64,000 nt of DNA from contig JAWVEN010000008.1 of NCBI GenBank assembly GCA_033856675.1, forward strand, positions 151,659 to 215,658, in the 5' to 3' direction. Below the pieces are notes generated by a model, which was not told the origin of the DNA, made no database searches, and saw only the letters and a list, made by a program, of their open reading frames with translations. The position numbers and the translations under genes were made by a program. Positions 28,014-36,908 of this stretch are shown here, in pieces. Numbering within the stretch: the first letter of the stretch is position 1; each line of letters begins with the position of its first letter. Source of the DNA: Gaiellales bacterium. Lineage in GTDB: Bacteria; Actinomycetota; Thermoleophilia; Gaiellales; JAICJC01.

Positions 28014-28077
28014 GGCGGTGCTCCGTTTGGGACAGGCAGCGGTGACACGTCACCCCGCGGTGGATACTGTACGGCGC

Positions 28078-28611
28078 ATGAGCACCTCGGGCGAGCTACG
28101 CCTCGACTTTCGTGAATGTGTTGGCGCGTTCGCGACCGGCGTCACGGTGGTCACCACGCGGGCTCAGGGGCATGACGCCGGGATGACGTTGAACAGCTTT
28201 ACGTCGGTGTCGCTCGACCCGCTCCTGATCCTGATCTCGCTGGCCCACAAGACTCGAACGCTCGAAGCGATCACCACGTCCCAGCGCTTCGCGGTCAACG
28301 TCCTCCACCGCAACCAGCGCGACGTCGCGCTGGCGTTTGCCAAGCCCGGCGCGCCGTTTCCCGACGGTTACACGGTGCAGGACCCGCACGGCTTCGTCGT
28401 CGTGCGCCACGCGCTCGCCATCCTCCGCTGCGAGGTGTACGGCGTTCACACCGCCGGTGACCATGATCTGGTGGTCGGCGAGGTCGTCGACTTCGAGGGA
28501 TCCGGCGGGCAGCCGCTGATCTTCCACCGCGGCGCCTTCGGCGGGCTCGACGCGGACGCCCTGGTCCCGCAGGGCCGCGTGATCGGCATCCACACGGCAT
28601 CCGGCTGGTAG
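28078..28611 (+). CDS. Flavin reductase family protein (HpaC/NtaB-like)
   Basis: Start trimmed to MSTSGELRLDFRECVGAFATGVTVVTT...GMTLNSFTSVSLDPLLILISL. TACTGT-N7-ATG leaderless-type context. Confidence 0.85.
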   Translation: MSTSGELRLDFRECVGAFATGVTVVTTRAQGHDAGMTLNSFTSVSLDPLLILISLAHKTRTLEAITTSQRFAVNVLHRNQRDVALAFAKPGAPFPDGYTVQDPHGFVVVRHALAILRCEVYGVHTAGDHDLVVGEVVDFEGSGGQPLIFHRGAFGGLDADALVPQGRVIGIHTASGW

Positions 28612-28633
28612 ATCGCCTGGTGCGGACGCTGGA

Positions 28634-29335
28634 GTGGGGCGGGATCGGCAGCTTTGTGCGATTCTCCGTTCCCGGGTGAACACGGCGCTCGAGAACCAGA
28701 CGTGGGCCCGGGCCGAGCAGCTGCGAGACCGGTTGCAAGCGCAGGACCCGGACGGCGTCGAAGCTCTTTGCACGACCGACTTCTGGGAGCGGTCGGGCCG
28801 AAATGAGCTGCTCGGAGTCGCACCGCACGTGAAGGCCGCGATCACGCTCGGCGCGCTTGGCCGGCGAAGCCTCATCTCCCTCCACACCGTGGGCCATCGC
28901 TGGCCGGCACCCGTGCTGGAGCAGCTCTGGACCGACGCCGGCGACCAGCTGCTGCTGGACGATCAGCGCGTCTTCACGCTGATGACGCGGGCGCAGGTCG
29001 AGGCTCTCGGCGATCCGGAGGAGCTCGCGCGCGTGCAGACCAAGATCTCGTCGCAGGATGCCGCCGAGGCCTACGTGATCGCCCTGAACGACCGCGACGA
29101 GCGCGCGGCCGCGGCAGCCTGGTCGACGAGCTTCGCCGACCGGTTCGATCTCGACCTGAACAGCCGGATCGAGATGCTGGTTTCGGCTGAGCTGATCGGA
29201 AGCGTTGGGCCGCGCACGCTCGTCCGCTGCTGGTTCGACGACGGCGAGCAGACGATCGAGCTCCTGTGGAGGCGGCGGGATGCACGGCTGCTGATCGAGG
29301 GAGCGCGGGTGTTCCGGGTACCCGCCGGGGCGTGA
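28634..29335 (+). CDS. Hypothetical protein
   Basis: 233-aa ORF with coding-like usage. GTGA overlap with the downstream decarboxylase. No domain recognised. Confidence 0.5.
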   Translation: MGRDRQLCAILRSRVNTALENQTWARAEQLRDRLQAQDPDGVEALCTTDFWERSGRNELLGVAPHVKAAITLGALGRRSLISLHTVGHRWPAPVLEQLWTDAGDQLLLDDQRVFTLMTRAQVEALGDPEELARVQTKISSQDAAEAYVIALNDRDERAAAAAWSTSFADRFDLDLNSRIEMLVSAELIGSVGPRTLVRCWFDDGEQTIELLWRRRDARLLIEGARVFRVPAGA

Positions 29336-30759
29336 CGACAGTCGGCGACGCACCGCTCCTCCAGCTGGATGCTCCCCGTGAGGAGGTGCTGCTGCGGGCG
29401 GCGGCACTGATCACGGATGCCTGGCGCAGCTTCGATCAGGCCCGGCCCGGGCAGCCGCTCGTCGACGAGCGTGTGCGCGCGATGCTGCTCGAGTCGCTGC
29501 CCCAAGCGCCCGAGCCGGTGACGCAGGCGCTCCACGAGGCTGCGGAGATCCTGGACGAAAGCATCGCCCAGCCGCGACCTCGCTACTTCGCCTTCGTCGG
29601 TTCCTCCGGACTGCCGATCGGCGTGGTTGCGGATGCCTTGGCCTCCTGTTACGACGTCAACCTTGCGGTCTACTCCGGAGCGGCCAGCGACATCGAGGAG
29701 CAGGCGGTGCGGTGGGTCGGTGAGCTGATCGGCTTCCCAGTCGGGGGCGGCGCGTTCACGAGCGGCGGGACGATCAGCAACCTGAGCGCCCTCGCAGCGG
29801 CCCGGGAACGGGCCCTGCCGGGGACTCGGACGACCGGGATGGCGGGCGCACGTCCCGCGGTGTACTGCTCTGGGGAGGTGCACTACTCGGTGATGCGCGC
29901 CGTGGAGCTGCTCGGGATCGGCGGCGACAACGTGCGCGCGCTCCCCTTGGACGACCGTCGCCGGCTGCGGCCGGATGCTCTCGCCGAGGCGATCGATCGC
30001 GATGTCGCCGCCGGCGTGACCCCGGTCGCCGTCGTCGCCACCGCCGGTACGACCCTCACCGGCGCGATCGATCCGATCGGTGCGATCGCCGACGTGTGCG
30101 CCGAGCGCAACGTCTGGCTCCATGTCGACGGCGCCTACGGTGTTGCTGCGGCCGCGCTGCCGGCGATGGCCGAGACCTTCGCCGGGCTCGACCGCGCCGA
30201 CTCCGTCTCGCTTGACGCGCACAAATGGCTCTATTTGCCCAAGGCCTGCGGCGTGATCCTGGTGCGCCGGCGCGAGGACCTCCACCACTCGTTCGCCCAC
30301 GACGAGGGCTACCTGCCACACGAACGTGACGCGCCCCACGCAGTCGACGTCACGCTCGAATACTCCCGGCCATTTCGCGCGCTGAAGCTCTGGCTCGCAT
30401 TCCGGGCTCACGGTGCCGACGCATTCCGGGGCGCCATCGAGCGCAACATGGCCCAGGCGCGACTGCTTCACGCCGAGGTGTCGCGGCACGCAGACCTGGA
30501 GCCGCTGGGTGAGCCGCAGCTCTCGATCGTCCCCTTCCGCCACGTCCCCGAGGGCGTCTCAGACCTGAACGCCCACAACGCCCGGCTCGGCTACGAGCTC
30601 CAGCAGGACGCGCGCGTCTACGTCGCTCCCGCAGTCATCGACGGCTCCGTCTACCTCCGGCCCTGCATCGTCAACTTCCGCACCAGCGACGGGGACGTTC
30701 TGGCGCTGGTCGACATCGCCCGCGAGGTGGGGGACCGGCTGGCGCGCGAATCGCGCTGA
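29332..30759 (+). CDS. PLP-dependent group II amino-acid decarboxylase
   Basis: Start trimmed to GTG 29332. PLP-lysine context SVSLDAHKWLYLPKACG. GGTISNLSAL. Confidence 0.85.
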   Translation: MTTVGDAPLLQLDAPREEVLLRAAALITDAWRSFDQARPGQPLVDERVRAMLLESLPQAPEPVTQALHEAAEILDESIAQPRPRYFAFVGSSGLPIGVVADALASCYDVNLAVYSGAASDIEEQAVRWVGELIGFPVGGGAFTSGGTISNLSALAAARERALPGTRTTGMAGARPAVYCSGEVHYSVMRAVELLGIGGDNVRALPLDDRRRLRPDALAEAIDRDVAAGVTPVAVVATAGTTLTGAIDPIGAIADVCAERNVWLHVDGAYGVAAAALPAMAETFAGLDRADSVSLDAHKWLYLPKACGVILVRRREDLHHSFAHDEGYLPHERDAPHAVDVTLEYSRPFRALKLWLAFRAHGADAFRGAIERNMAQARLLHAEVSRHADLEPLGEPQLSIVPFRHVPEGVSDLNAHNARLGYELQQDARVYVAPAVIDGSVYLRPCIVNFRTSDGDVLALVDIAREVGDRLARESR

Positions 30760-30776
30760 TCCCAACGAGCGTTCAC

Positions 30777-30795
30777 CGAGGTGCCAGGCACCTCG
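30777..30795. repeat. 9-bp-arm palindrome CGAGGTGCC-a-GGCACCTCG, related to the element at 25157
   Basis: 30773-30792 tcaccgaggtgccaggcacc versus 25156-25175 acaccgaggtgcctggcacc (18/20 identical). Both are intergenic at gene 3' ends. Confidence 0.6.
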
Positions 30796-30884
30796 ATGAA
30801 CAGCTCAGAGGTGGGGTTGACCACACCGCGTACTACCGGCCAGCTTCATCGCGACGGGGTTGCGGGTGCGGCAGGATTCCCCCC

Positions 30885-31127
30885 ATGACCACCACATCTC
30901 ACATCCCACGCGAGCTCGACAGCCGCGAGAGCGACGGCGTTTCGGTGACCCTTCTCTGGCATGGCGACAACCGGCTGACGGTCGAGGTGTCCGACAGCCG
31001 CACCGACGAGCACTTCTCGCTCGCCGTGCGGCCGCAGGACGCACTCGACACCTTCCATCATCCTTACTACCACGCCACGGCAGAGGGCCGGGCGCCGCGT
31101 CAGCTCAGGTTCGCCCGGAACGCATAG
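30885..31127 (+). CDS. Small hypothetical protein (80 aa)
   Basis: MTTTSHIPRELDSRESDGVSVTLLWHGDNRLTVEVSDSRTDEHFSLAVRPQDALDTFHHPYYHA... Beta-rich core plus a His/Tyr tail. The motif looks like a small-protein family I believe is conserved in actinobacteria. Confidence 0.55.
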   Translation: MTTTSHIPRELDSRESDGVSVTLLWHGDNRLTVEVSDSRTDEHFSLAVRPQDALDTFHHPYYHATAEGRAPRQLRFARNA

Positions 31128-32764
31128 GGGCGGTTGTTGTCCAGCGGTGTGCCCTGGCAGGAGACCGAGGTGCTCTGCCAGCATTTGTACCTCTGGCTGG
31201 CGTTGGACATGATCACCACGACGCGGGTCACCACGCCGCGGCCGAAGCCGAGACGCAACTGGCCGTCACCGGTCGAGCTCAGGGCGAACGGCTTCACCCG
31301 CACATCGCCCGTCTTCAGGAAGACGATGGCGCGCGCCTGGGAGCCCCAGCCAACGGGTGGAGCGTCGACCCGCACCGTGACATGCCCCTTCGTGGAGGCC
31401 GACGGCCCCGGCTTCAGCGCGGCGTAGAAGCTGGTCAGGTGGTTCAGCTTCGCCTGCACCCATCCGGTCGCCTTCTTGCCCGGCCCGAGCGTGTGCGAGA
31501 TCGACGCCGACGGGGCGGGGTACGCAGCACCCTCCGTGTACGTGACAGACGGGATCCGGTTCCAGACCGCGAAGTCGCCGTACCACTCGCGGATATCGAA
31601 ACCGCGGGCTCCGAGCGCAGTCCGGGCGCCCTGGAGCGAGTACTGATCCGGGCCGGTCGAGCTGCCGTTGACCCGCTCCCAAACGTCGCGGATGTAGGTG
31701 GTGTCGGCGAGCCGCTGCGTCAGGTACTCCCACCAGATCCATGCCGCGTACTGCGAGCAGCAGCCGCTGCCCCGGTCGAGCGGGATGCTCGGCTGCCTCC
31801 CCTGACCGTCGACCAGGTACTGCCGGTTGTCGTTGATGGCGTCGTACAGCTGCTCTTCCATCCACGTCGCAGTGCCCTCCATCAGCCAGGCGTCCTCGCT
31901 GATGTCGTAGGCGAACTGCACCGCGTGGAAGAACTCATGCGCGAGCGTGACCTTGAGGTTCTCCTCGGGCAGGAGCTGGTGGAAGATCGGCTCGCTGTAG
32001 TTGTTGTCGACCACGCAGTAGGCCGAGAAGTTCCAGAACTTGTAGGTCGGATCCGACAGGAGCGGGTCGTCGCTGGTGCAGTAGCCGTAGATGCTGTCCG
32101 CGCCGAGGTTCGAGATGTAGACGTCGAGCTTTTCGTTGCCGCCGTTGTCGCCCGACCCGAGGTCGTCCATCGGGGGCCGATAGCCCATCGTGGTGACCTC
32201 GGTCGCCCAGACTGTGTTCTCAAGCTCGTCGCGGGTGGTGTCGACCCAGTCGGGCACGTTGTTCGCATCGGAGTCGGTTACCGCCGGTTGATCACCGCCG
32301 CCGGTCGTCCAGTGCACGCAGACGTTCGTGCCGCAGGACGGCGAGGCGAGCGGTTCGGCCGTGCTCCACTTGCCCGGAGTGCCCGCCGGGTCGGTGGCCG
32401 GCCTCGCGACGAGCGCCTCGCCCTTCTGGCGGTCGGCGCCGGACAGGTCGCGCAGCCGCAGCGCGAGGTCGCGGAGGATCATGGTCGCGTCGTGCGGGCC
32501 GGGCTCGGCGACCGTGCCGCCGACCCGGCGTTCAACAGCGGCGGGCTGGAACAGCGCTTGGGCGCGAAGCAGCGCCGCATGAGCGTCGCTCATCTGCCCG
32601 GTGCTGACAGCCCGGGAAAGGGCGTCGGCGTGACGCGGCAGCGTCAACGCCGGAAGATCTCGGTTCGCGTGCGGCGCCGATCCCCCCGCCGCGGTTGCCG
32701 TGGCGCTCACACAGAGCAGCCCAATCGCAGCAAGCGTCAGCCTGCCGATCGTTCGCAATGCCAT
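31100..32764 (-). CDS. Secreted putative zinc metalloprotease (HEFFH motif)
   Basis: Signal peptide MALRTIGRLTLAAIGLLCVSATATAAG. Zincin motif LAHEFFHAVQFAYD. 554 aa. Confidence 0.75.
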   Translation of the reverse strand: MALRTIGRLTLAAIGLLCVSATATAAGGSAPHANRDLPALTLPRHADALSRAVSTGQMSDAHAALLRAQALFQPAAVERRVGGTVAEPGPHDATMILRDLALRLRDLSGADRQKGEALVARPATDPAGTPGKWSTAEPLASPSCGTNVCVHWTTGGGDQPAVTDSDANNVPDWVDTTRDELENTVWATEVTTMGYRPPMDDLGSGDNGGNEKLDVYISNLGADSIYGYCTSDDPLLSDPTYKFWNFSAYCVVDNNYSEPIFHQLLPEENLKVTLAHEFFHAVQFAYDISEDAWLMEGTATWMEEQLYDAINDNRQYLVDGQGRQPSIPLDRGSGCCSQYAAWIWWEYLTQRLADTTYIRDVWERVNGSSTGPDQYSLQGARTALGARGFDIREWYGDFAVWNRIPSVTYTEGAAYPAPSASISHTLGPGKKATGWVQAKLNHLTSFYAALKPGPSASTKGHVTVRVDAPPVGWGSQARAIVFLKTGDVRVKPFALSSTGDGQLRLGFGRGVVTRVVVIMSNASQRYKCWQSTSVSCQGTPLDNNRPYAFRANLS

Positions 32765-32802
32765 GGTGCCTCCGTTGCCGTCGTTGCGACCGGCGACGGA
32801 GG

Positions 32803-33525
32803 CTAGCGCAGAACCCGGCTGCCCGCCCGCGAAAGGACCTCTTTGTGACGATTGGGGAAATACGACGTTGCGGGCTTGCGCCCGCGCACGACGACGATGC
32901 GCTCCAGCCGGTCGTCGTCGAGCGCGCCGATGTCGTGCAGGTATCCGGCGCGCGACCTCGCGATCGGTCCCAGCGGCCCCTCGTGCACCCAGATCACGCC
33001 GGCCTCGAGCCCCGTGTCCGACAGCAGTTCGAGCGTCCGCTCCACCCAGGCCAGCGACGAGTGCACGATCAGCGCCTCACCTCCGGGCTTCAGGTGGTGG
33101 GCGGCGCCCCGGCAGAGCGGGTCGAGCACCAGCCGGCCGTCACCCCCTGCGTCCCACGCGTGGGATCCCACCTCCCGCCGAGAGCCCGGTGGTGCCGGGA
33201 TGTACGGCGGGTTCGACACGATGACGTCGAATCGCCGCCCTGCGACCGGCCCGTACAGGTCGCCGCGAAGCACGGTCACCTCGGCATCGTTCAGCCGCGC
33301 ATTCATCCGCGCTGACAACACCGCCCTGCGGCTGAGGTCGACGGCGGTCGTCGGCCGTCCGGCGCGCGCCGCCGAGATGGCAAGGACACCGCTTCCGGTG
33401 CAGAGGTCGAGCACGTCGCCGCGGAGGCAGTCCATGGCAGCGTCGAGCAGCATCCCGGCGTCCGGGCGCGGCGCGAAGACGCCCGGAGGGGTCAGCAGAC
33501 GGAGGTCTCGAAAGCGCGTGAGCAC
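32803..33525 (-). CDS. Class I SAM-dependent methyltransferase, HemK/PrmC-like (NPPY motif)
   Basis: Start trimmed to GTG (plus CAC 33523-33525). VLDLCTGSGVLAI (SAM motif I) and FDVIVSNPPYIP. Confidence 0.75.
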   Translation of the reverse strand: MLTRFRDLRLLTPPGVFAPRPDAGMLLDAAMDCLRGDVLDLCTGSGVLAISAARAGRPTTAVDLSRRAVLSARMNARLNDAEVTVLRGDLYGPVAGRRFDVIVSNPPYIPAPPGSRREVGSHAWDAGGDGRLVLDPLCRGAAHHLKPGGEALIVHSSLAWVERTLELLSDTGLEAGVIWVHEGPLGPIARSRAGYLHDIGALDDDRLERIVVVRGRKPATSYFPNRHKEVLSRAGSRVLR

Positions 33526-33568
33526 CGTTTCGGGAGTACCCGGGCGCCCGGACGGGAAACAGGTCGAT

Positions 33569-34714
33569 ATGGACTCCGAGTCGTTTGCGGTGGCCGACGA
33601 CGCCGGTGCCCGGCTCCGGGAGCCGTTCGAGCGCGGCCAGGCCCTGACGGTCGGAGTCGAGGAGGAGCTGCTGCTGGTCGATCCGCAGACGCTCGACCTC
33701 GTGTCGCCGGCCCACGATCTCGTCGCGGAGCTCGGCGATTCCGGACGGTTTCGGAAGGAGTTGTCGGCCGCACAGATCGAGATCCTGACCCCGGTGTGTG
33801 CGACCACCGGCGAGGCTGCGCAGGCCATCGCGGCCGGCCGGCGGGTGGTGATCGAGCACCTTGCGGGTCGAGCTCGCCTCGCCGGCGTGGGCGCGCACCC
33901 CTTCGCGCGGCCGTGGAGCGATTTCGCAGAGGGTGAGCGGTATGACGTCATCGGACGCGACTATCGGTGGGGCGCCCGCGTCGGCGCTCTTGCGGCCGGG
34001 CTGCACATCCACGTCGCCGTCGACGGCGCCGACCGCGCGCTCGCCGTCCTCAACGCCCTCCGAGGGCTGATGCCGGAACTGGCTGCCCTGGCCGCGGGGG
34101 CGCCGTTCTTCGACCGCCGCGACACCGGCCTCGCGAGCATCAGGCCCAAGCTGGCGGATGCGTTGCCCCGGCAAGGCGTCTCGCCGGCGTTCCGCGACTG
34201 GGATCACTACGCGCGGCTGCTCGAGTGGGGGAGGCGGAGCGGCACGTTCCTCGATCCGTCGACGCTCTGGTGGGAGTGCCGCCTGCAGCCGCGCCTGGGG
34301 ACGGTCGAGATGCGCGCGCCCGATGCACAGGCTTCGACCGAGGATGTCGAAGCGGTCGTCGCCGTGGCTCACGCGTTGGTGGGGCAGCTCGCGGAGCGCT
34401 ACGACGTGGGCGAGGCGCTGCCCGTCCACCCGTCCGAGCTGATCGAGGAGAACCGGTGGCTCGCCTGCCGGGATGGCGCCGACGGCACGCTGATCGATTT
34501 GGACTCGGGTGAGCCCGTGCCGACGCGCCGCCGCCTGCTCGACCTGATCGACTCCCTCGAGCCGGTCGCCGAACGGCTCGGCGGCACGACGGGGCTTGAC
34601 CGGGCACGCGAGTTGGTCGGGGACGGCGGCGCTGCGCGGCAGCGCCGGATTGCGTCCAAGCAGGGGCTGGACGGCCTCGTGCGTTGGCTCGCCGATCGCA
34701 CCGAGCGTGCTTGA
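33569..34714 (+). CDS. Carboxylate-amine ligase, glutamate-cysteine ligase family 2 (YbdK type)
   Basis: Start trimmed to MDSESF... LTVGVEEELLLVD, LSAAQIEILTPV, GLHIHVAV, WWECRLQPRLGTVEMRAPD. Confidence 0.85.
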   Translation: MDSESFAVADDAGARLREPFERGQALTVGVEEELLLVDPQTLDLVSPAHDLVAELGDSGRFRKELSAAQIEILTPVCATTGEAAQAIAAGRRVVIEHLAGRARLAGVGAHPFARPWSDFAEGERYDVIGRDYRWGARVGALAAGLHIHVAVDGADRALAVLNALRGLMPELAALAAGAPFFDRRDTGLASIRPKLADALPRQGVSPAFRDWDHYARLLEWGRRSGTFLDPSTLWWECRLQPRLGTVEMRAPDAQASTEDVEAVVAVAHALVGQLAERYDVGEALPVHPSELIEENRWLACRDGADGTLIDLDSGEPVPTRRRLLDLIDSLEPVAERLGGTTGLDRARELVGDGGAARQRRIASKQGLDGLVRWLADRTERA

Positions 34715-34743
34715 CCGTGCCCCCGGCGGGGTACCTCTTCGTC

Positions 34744-35001
34744 ATGACCGATCACGCCACGATCACCCCCTATCCGGACGGCCCGCTGATCGTGCGCGGC
34801 CCGTTCCAGATCACCGACGAACATGGCACGCCGATCGATGCCGGCAGGCGCACGGTCGCGCTGTGCCGCTGCGGCCGCTCGCAGCTCCGCCCATTCTGCG
34901 ACGGCTCGCATCTGACAGCCCGTTTCCGAGCTGAGGGCGGCGTCAGCCCACGTGCCGCGCAGCGGCACCTGCTCGATGACTCAGACTACGGGGATCGGTA
35001 G
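34744..35001 (+). CDS. CDGSH iron-sulfur domain-containing protein
   Basis: ALCRCGRSQLRPFCDGSH matches C-x-C-x2-S-x3-P-x-C-D-G-S-H. Confidence 0.85.
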   Translation: MTDHATITPYPDGPLIVRGPFQITDEHGTPIDAGRRTVALCRCGRSQLRPFCDGSHLTARFRAEGGVSPRAAQRHLLDDSDYGDR

Positions 35002-36027
35002 CCGCAGAGACGAGCGGGGCTCGCTCCAGGCGCCCAGCAGCGCGCGGGCGAAGCGATCCTCCAGTGCGAGCAACGCAGCTGCGCCGAAGAGCACGTCGGC
35101 CGTGAGGCTCGGCTCGGCGACCGCCAGTCCCTGAGCGAGGTCGTGCGCGGCGATCGCCTCGTGCACCGCGTCTGCCTCCACGTGCTCGTCGTAGAACTCC
35201 AGCGCGTCACCGACGACGCCGAGCCGCCTCAGTCCTGCGCCGTAGCGGCGGTTCGGCACGGGCGAGGTCATCTCGAACATCGCCAGGTGGCCGACAATCG
35301 CGCCGCGAAGCCTGCGGTGCAGGCCGAACAGCGACATCAGGTTGACCGTCGCAAGCGTCGTGCCCGGCAGGTGGTCGAGGTAGGCGCCGTATCTGCCGTC
35401 GAGCCCCAGGGCACGCATCGTGCGTTCGAAGAGGGTGGAGTGCATGCGCCCCGGCCGGCCGCCGCCGTACTCGTCGGCCTGCACCTCGATCAGCGCCTCC
35501 TTCGCGCGGCCCGAGAGCCGCGGCACAGCCCAGGAGTGCGGGTCGGCCTCCTTCAGCTGGTACCCGGAGCGGTGGACCACGAACTCGCGGAACTCGCCCA
35601 GTCCCGCGCGTCGCTCGAGGTGACGCGAAAGCGATGGGCCGTCGTCGGCGGCGGCCAGCTCGCGCAGCCGGCGCTCGACCTCGGATGGCGGAGTGGGATC
35701 AACCGGCACCGCCTCGCGCAGCGCCCGTTCGAACGGCTCCTCCAGCTCCAGGCGCGCGGCGATCAGCGCGGGCTCCCACTCCCAGTACTGGTCGACGCCC
35801 GAGAACGAGCGGTAGTGGAGCTCGTAGCAGACGTAGAGCGCCAGGTGGAGGTCATCGTCGGACAGCGGGTCGTCGGCTCGCACCCGGCCGAGCCGGACCG
35901 GCCCGGGCTCGCCGGCAAGGCGACGGACGAGGTGCTCGCTGAGGGGGCCGCGCGGCTCCGGCAGAGCAGGCGGCGCGGGCGCGCCGACTGCCTCCTCCTC
36001 GAGCACTCGTGCCATGTTGGGATCCAT
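34981..36027 (-). CDS. Iron-containing redox enzyme family protein (heme-oxygenase-like di-metal fold)
   Basis: LYVCYELHYRSF..., LIEVQADEYGGGRPGRMHSTLF..., AMFEMTS..., EFYDEHVEADAVHEAIA. These are E/H-rich helices of the family. Confidence 0.75.
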   Translation of the reverse strand: MDPNMARVLEEEAVGAPAPPALPEPRGPLSEHLVRRLAGEPGPVRLGRVRADDPLSDDDLHLALYVCYELHYRSFSGVDQYWEWEPALIAARLELEEPFERALREAVPVDPTPPSEVERRLRELAAADDGPSLSRHLERRAGLGEFREFVVHRSGYQLKEADPHSWAVPRLSGRAKEALIEVQADEYGGGRPGRMHSTLFERTMRALGLDGRYGAYLDHLPGTTLATVNLMSLFGLHRRLRGAIVGHLAMFEMTSPVPNRRYGAGLRRLGVVGDALEFYDEHVEADAVHEAIAAHDLAQGLAVAEPSLTADVLFGAAALLALEDRFARALLGAWSEPRSSLRLPIPVV

Positions 36028-36076
36028 TCCCCGAATGTCCCTCGGGAAAACGGATACGCGTGTCGCGTGGCGGGTG

Positions 36077-36844
36077 CTACAACTGCCAGGCCGGCCGCAG
36101 CCTGGCCGGTGCTGACTTCGGCCGGGCCTTGTCGGTCTCGTCGGCCGGGAGGATGTCGAGGGCCAGGCGAACGTTGTCCGGCCTCGCAGGTGCCGCGGTC
36201 TCGTTGACCCGCTCGATCCACCGCCGGATGATGTCCCCGGCCACCGCGGAGCATTCCAGGAACGAACACCCGAGTACCTGGTTTCCAGGATTGTCGCCCG
36301 GGCGGACAGACTTCACGCGCAGCTCGCAGTCGATCATCCCTTCGAAGACCCGCACCCGCAGCCGCAGCCGGTCATTCTCGCGTGGGCGCGTGTCGGCGAC
36401 GCTGAGGGCCAGGCCGCCTTCGGATACGTCGGTGATGACGGCGCTCAGCGGCTCGTCGGGCGCGATCCGGTAGCAGACTAGGGCGGTGACGACGGCGGGC
36501 ACGTGCAACTCGGTGCGCTCACTGCGACGCTGGACGCCCTGTGGCGACGACTCGATCACGCGGAGCACGAGAGCGGCGCGGGAGCCGGACGAGGCGGTGA
36601 CCGTCTCGATCGCGGCCGTCACGTGGTGCGGCGTGTCGTCGACCATGACGCGGCAGGAGAGGTGCATGCCGGTGCGCACCTGAAGTCGCGGGGCGCTGGC
36701 TCGGAGGGTGTCCGCATCGCAGCTGATCGTCCAGATCTCGACCGTGTCGCCGATCTCGGTCGTCATCTCGATCGCCGACTCGTCGACGAGCACGCGCGCT
36801 GAGCGCGAGAAGGTTTCGTCCGATGAGATGGCGTCGTATCCCAT
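36077..36844 (-). CDS. PilZ domain-containing protein (c-di-GMP receptor candidate)
   Basis: Start trimmed to MGYDAISS... RxxxR (RRSER) and D-x-S-x-x-G (DVSEGG) motifs at the appropriate spacing. Confidence 0.7.
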   Translation of the reverse strand: MGYDAISSDETFSRSARVLVDESAIEMTTEIGDTVEIWTISCDADTLRASAPRLQVRTGMHLSCRVMVDDTPHHVTAAIETVTASSGSRAALVLRVIESSPQGVQRRSERTELHVPAVVTALVCYRIAPDEPLSAVITDVSEGGLALSVADTRPRENDRLRLRVRVFEGMIDCELRVKSVRPGDNPGNQVLGCSFLECSAVAGDIIRRWIERVNETAAPARPDNVRLALDILPADETDKARPKSAPARLRPAWQL

Positions 36845-36908
36845 GTCCCTCGCGTGCGTATCGGCGGGACAGAACGGCGGCTTGAGTGGTACGGAAGCGC
36901 CGAGCCGA

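Noticed and set aside
30860-32806. 648-aa ORF on the plus strand
   Set aside because: It is antisense to the HEFFH metalloprotease, whose signal peptide and zincin motif are convincing. The plus frame is R/G/A/V low-complexity sequence.
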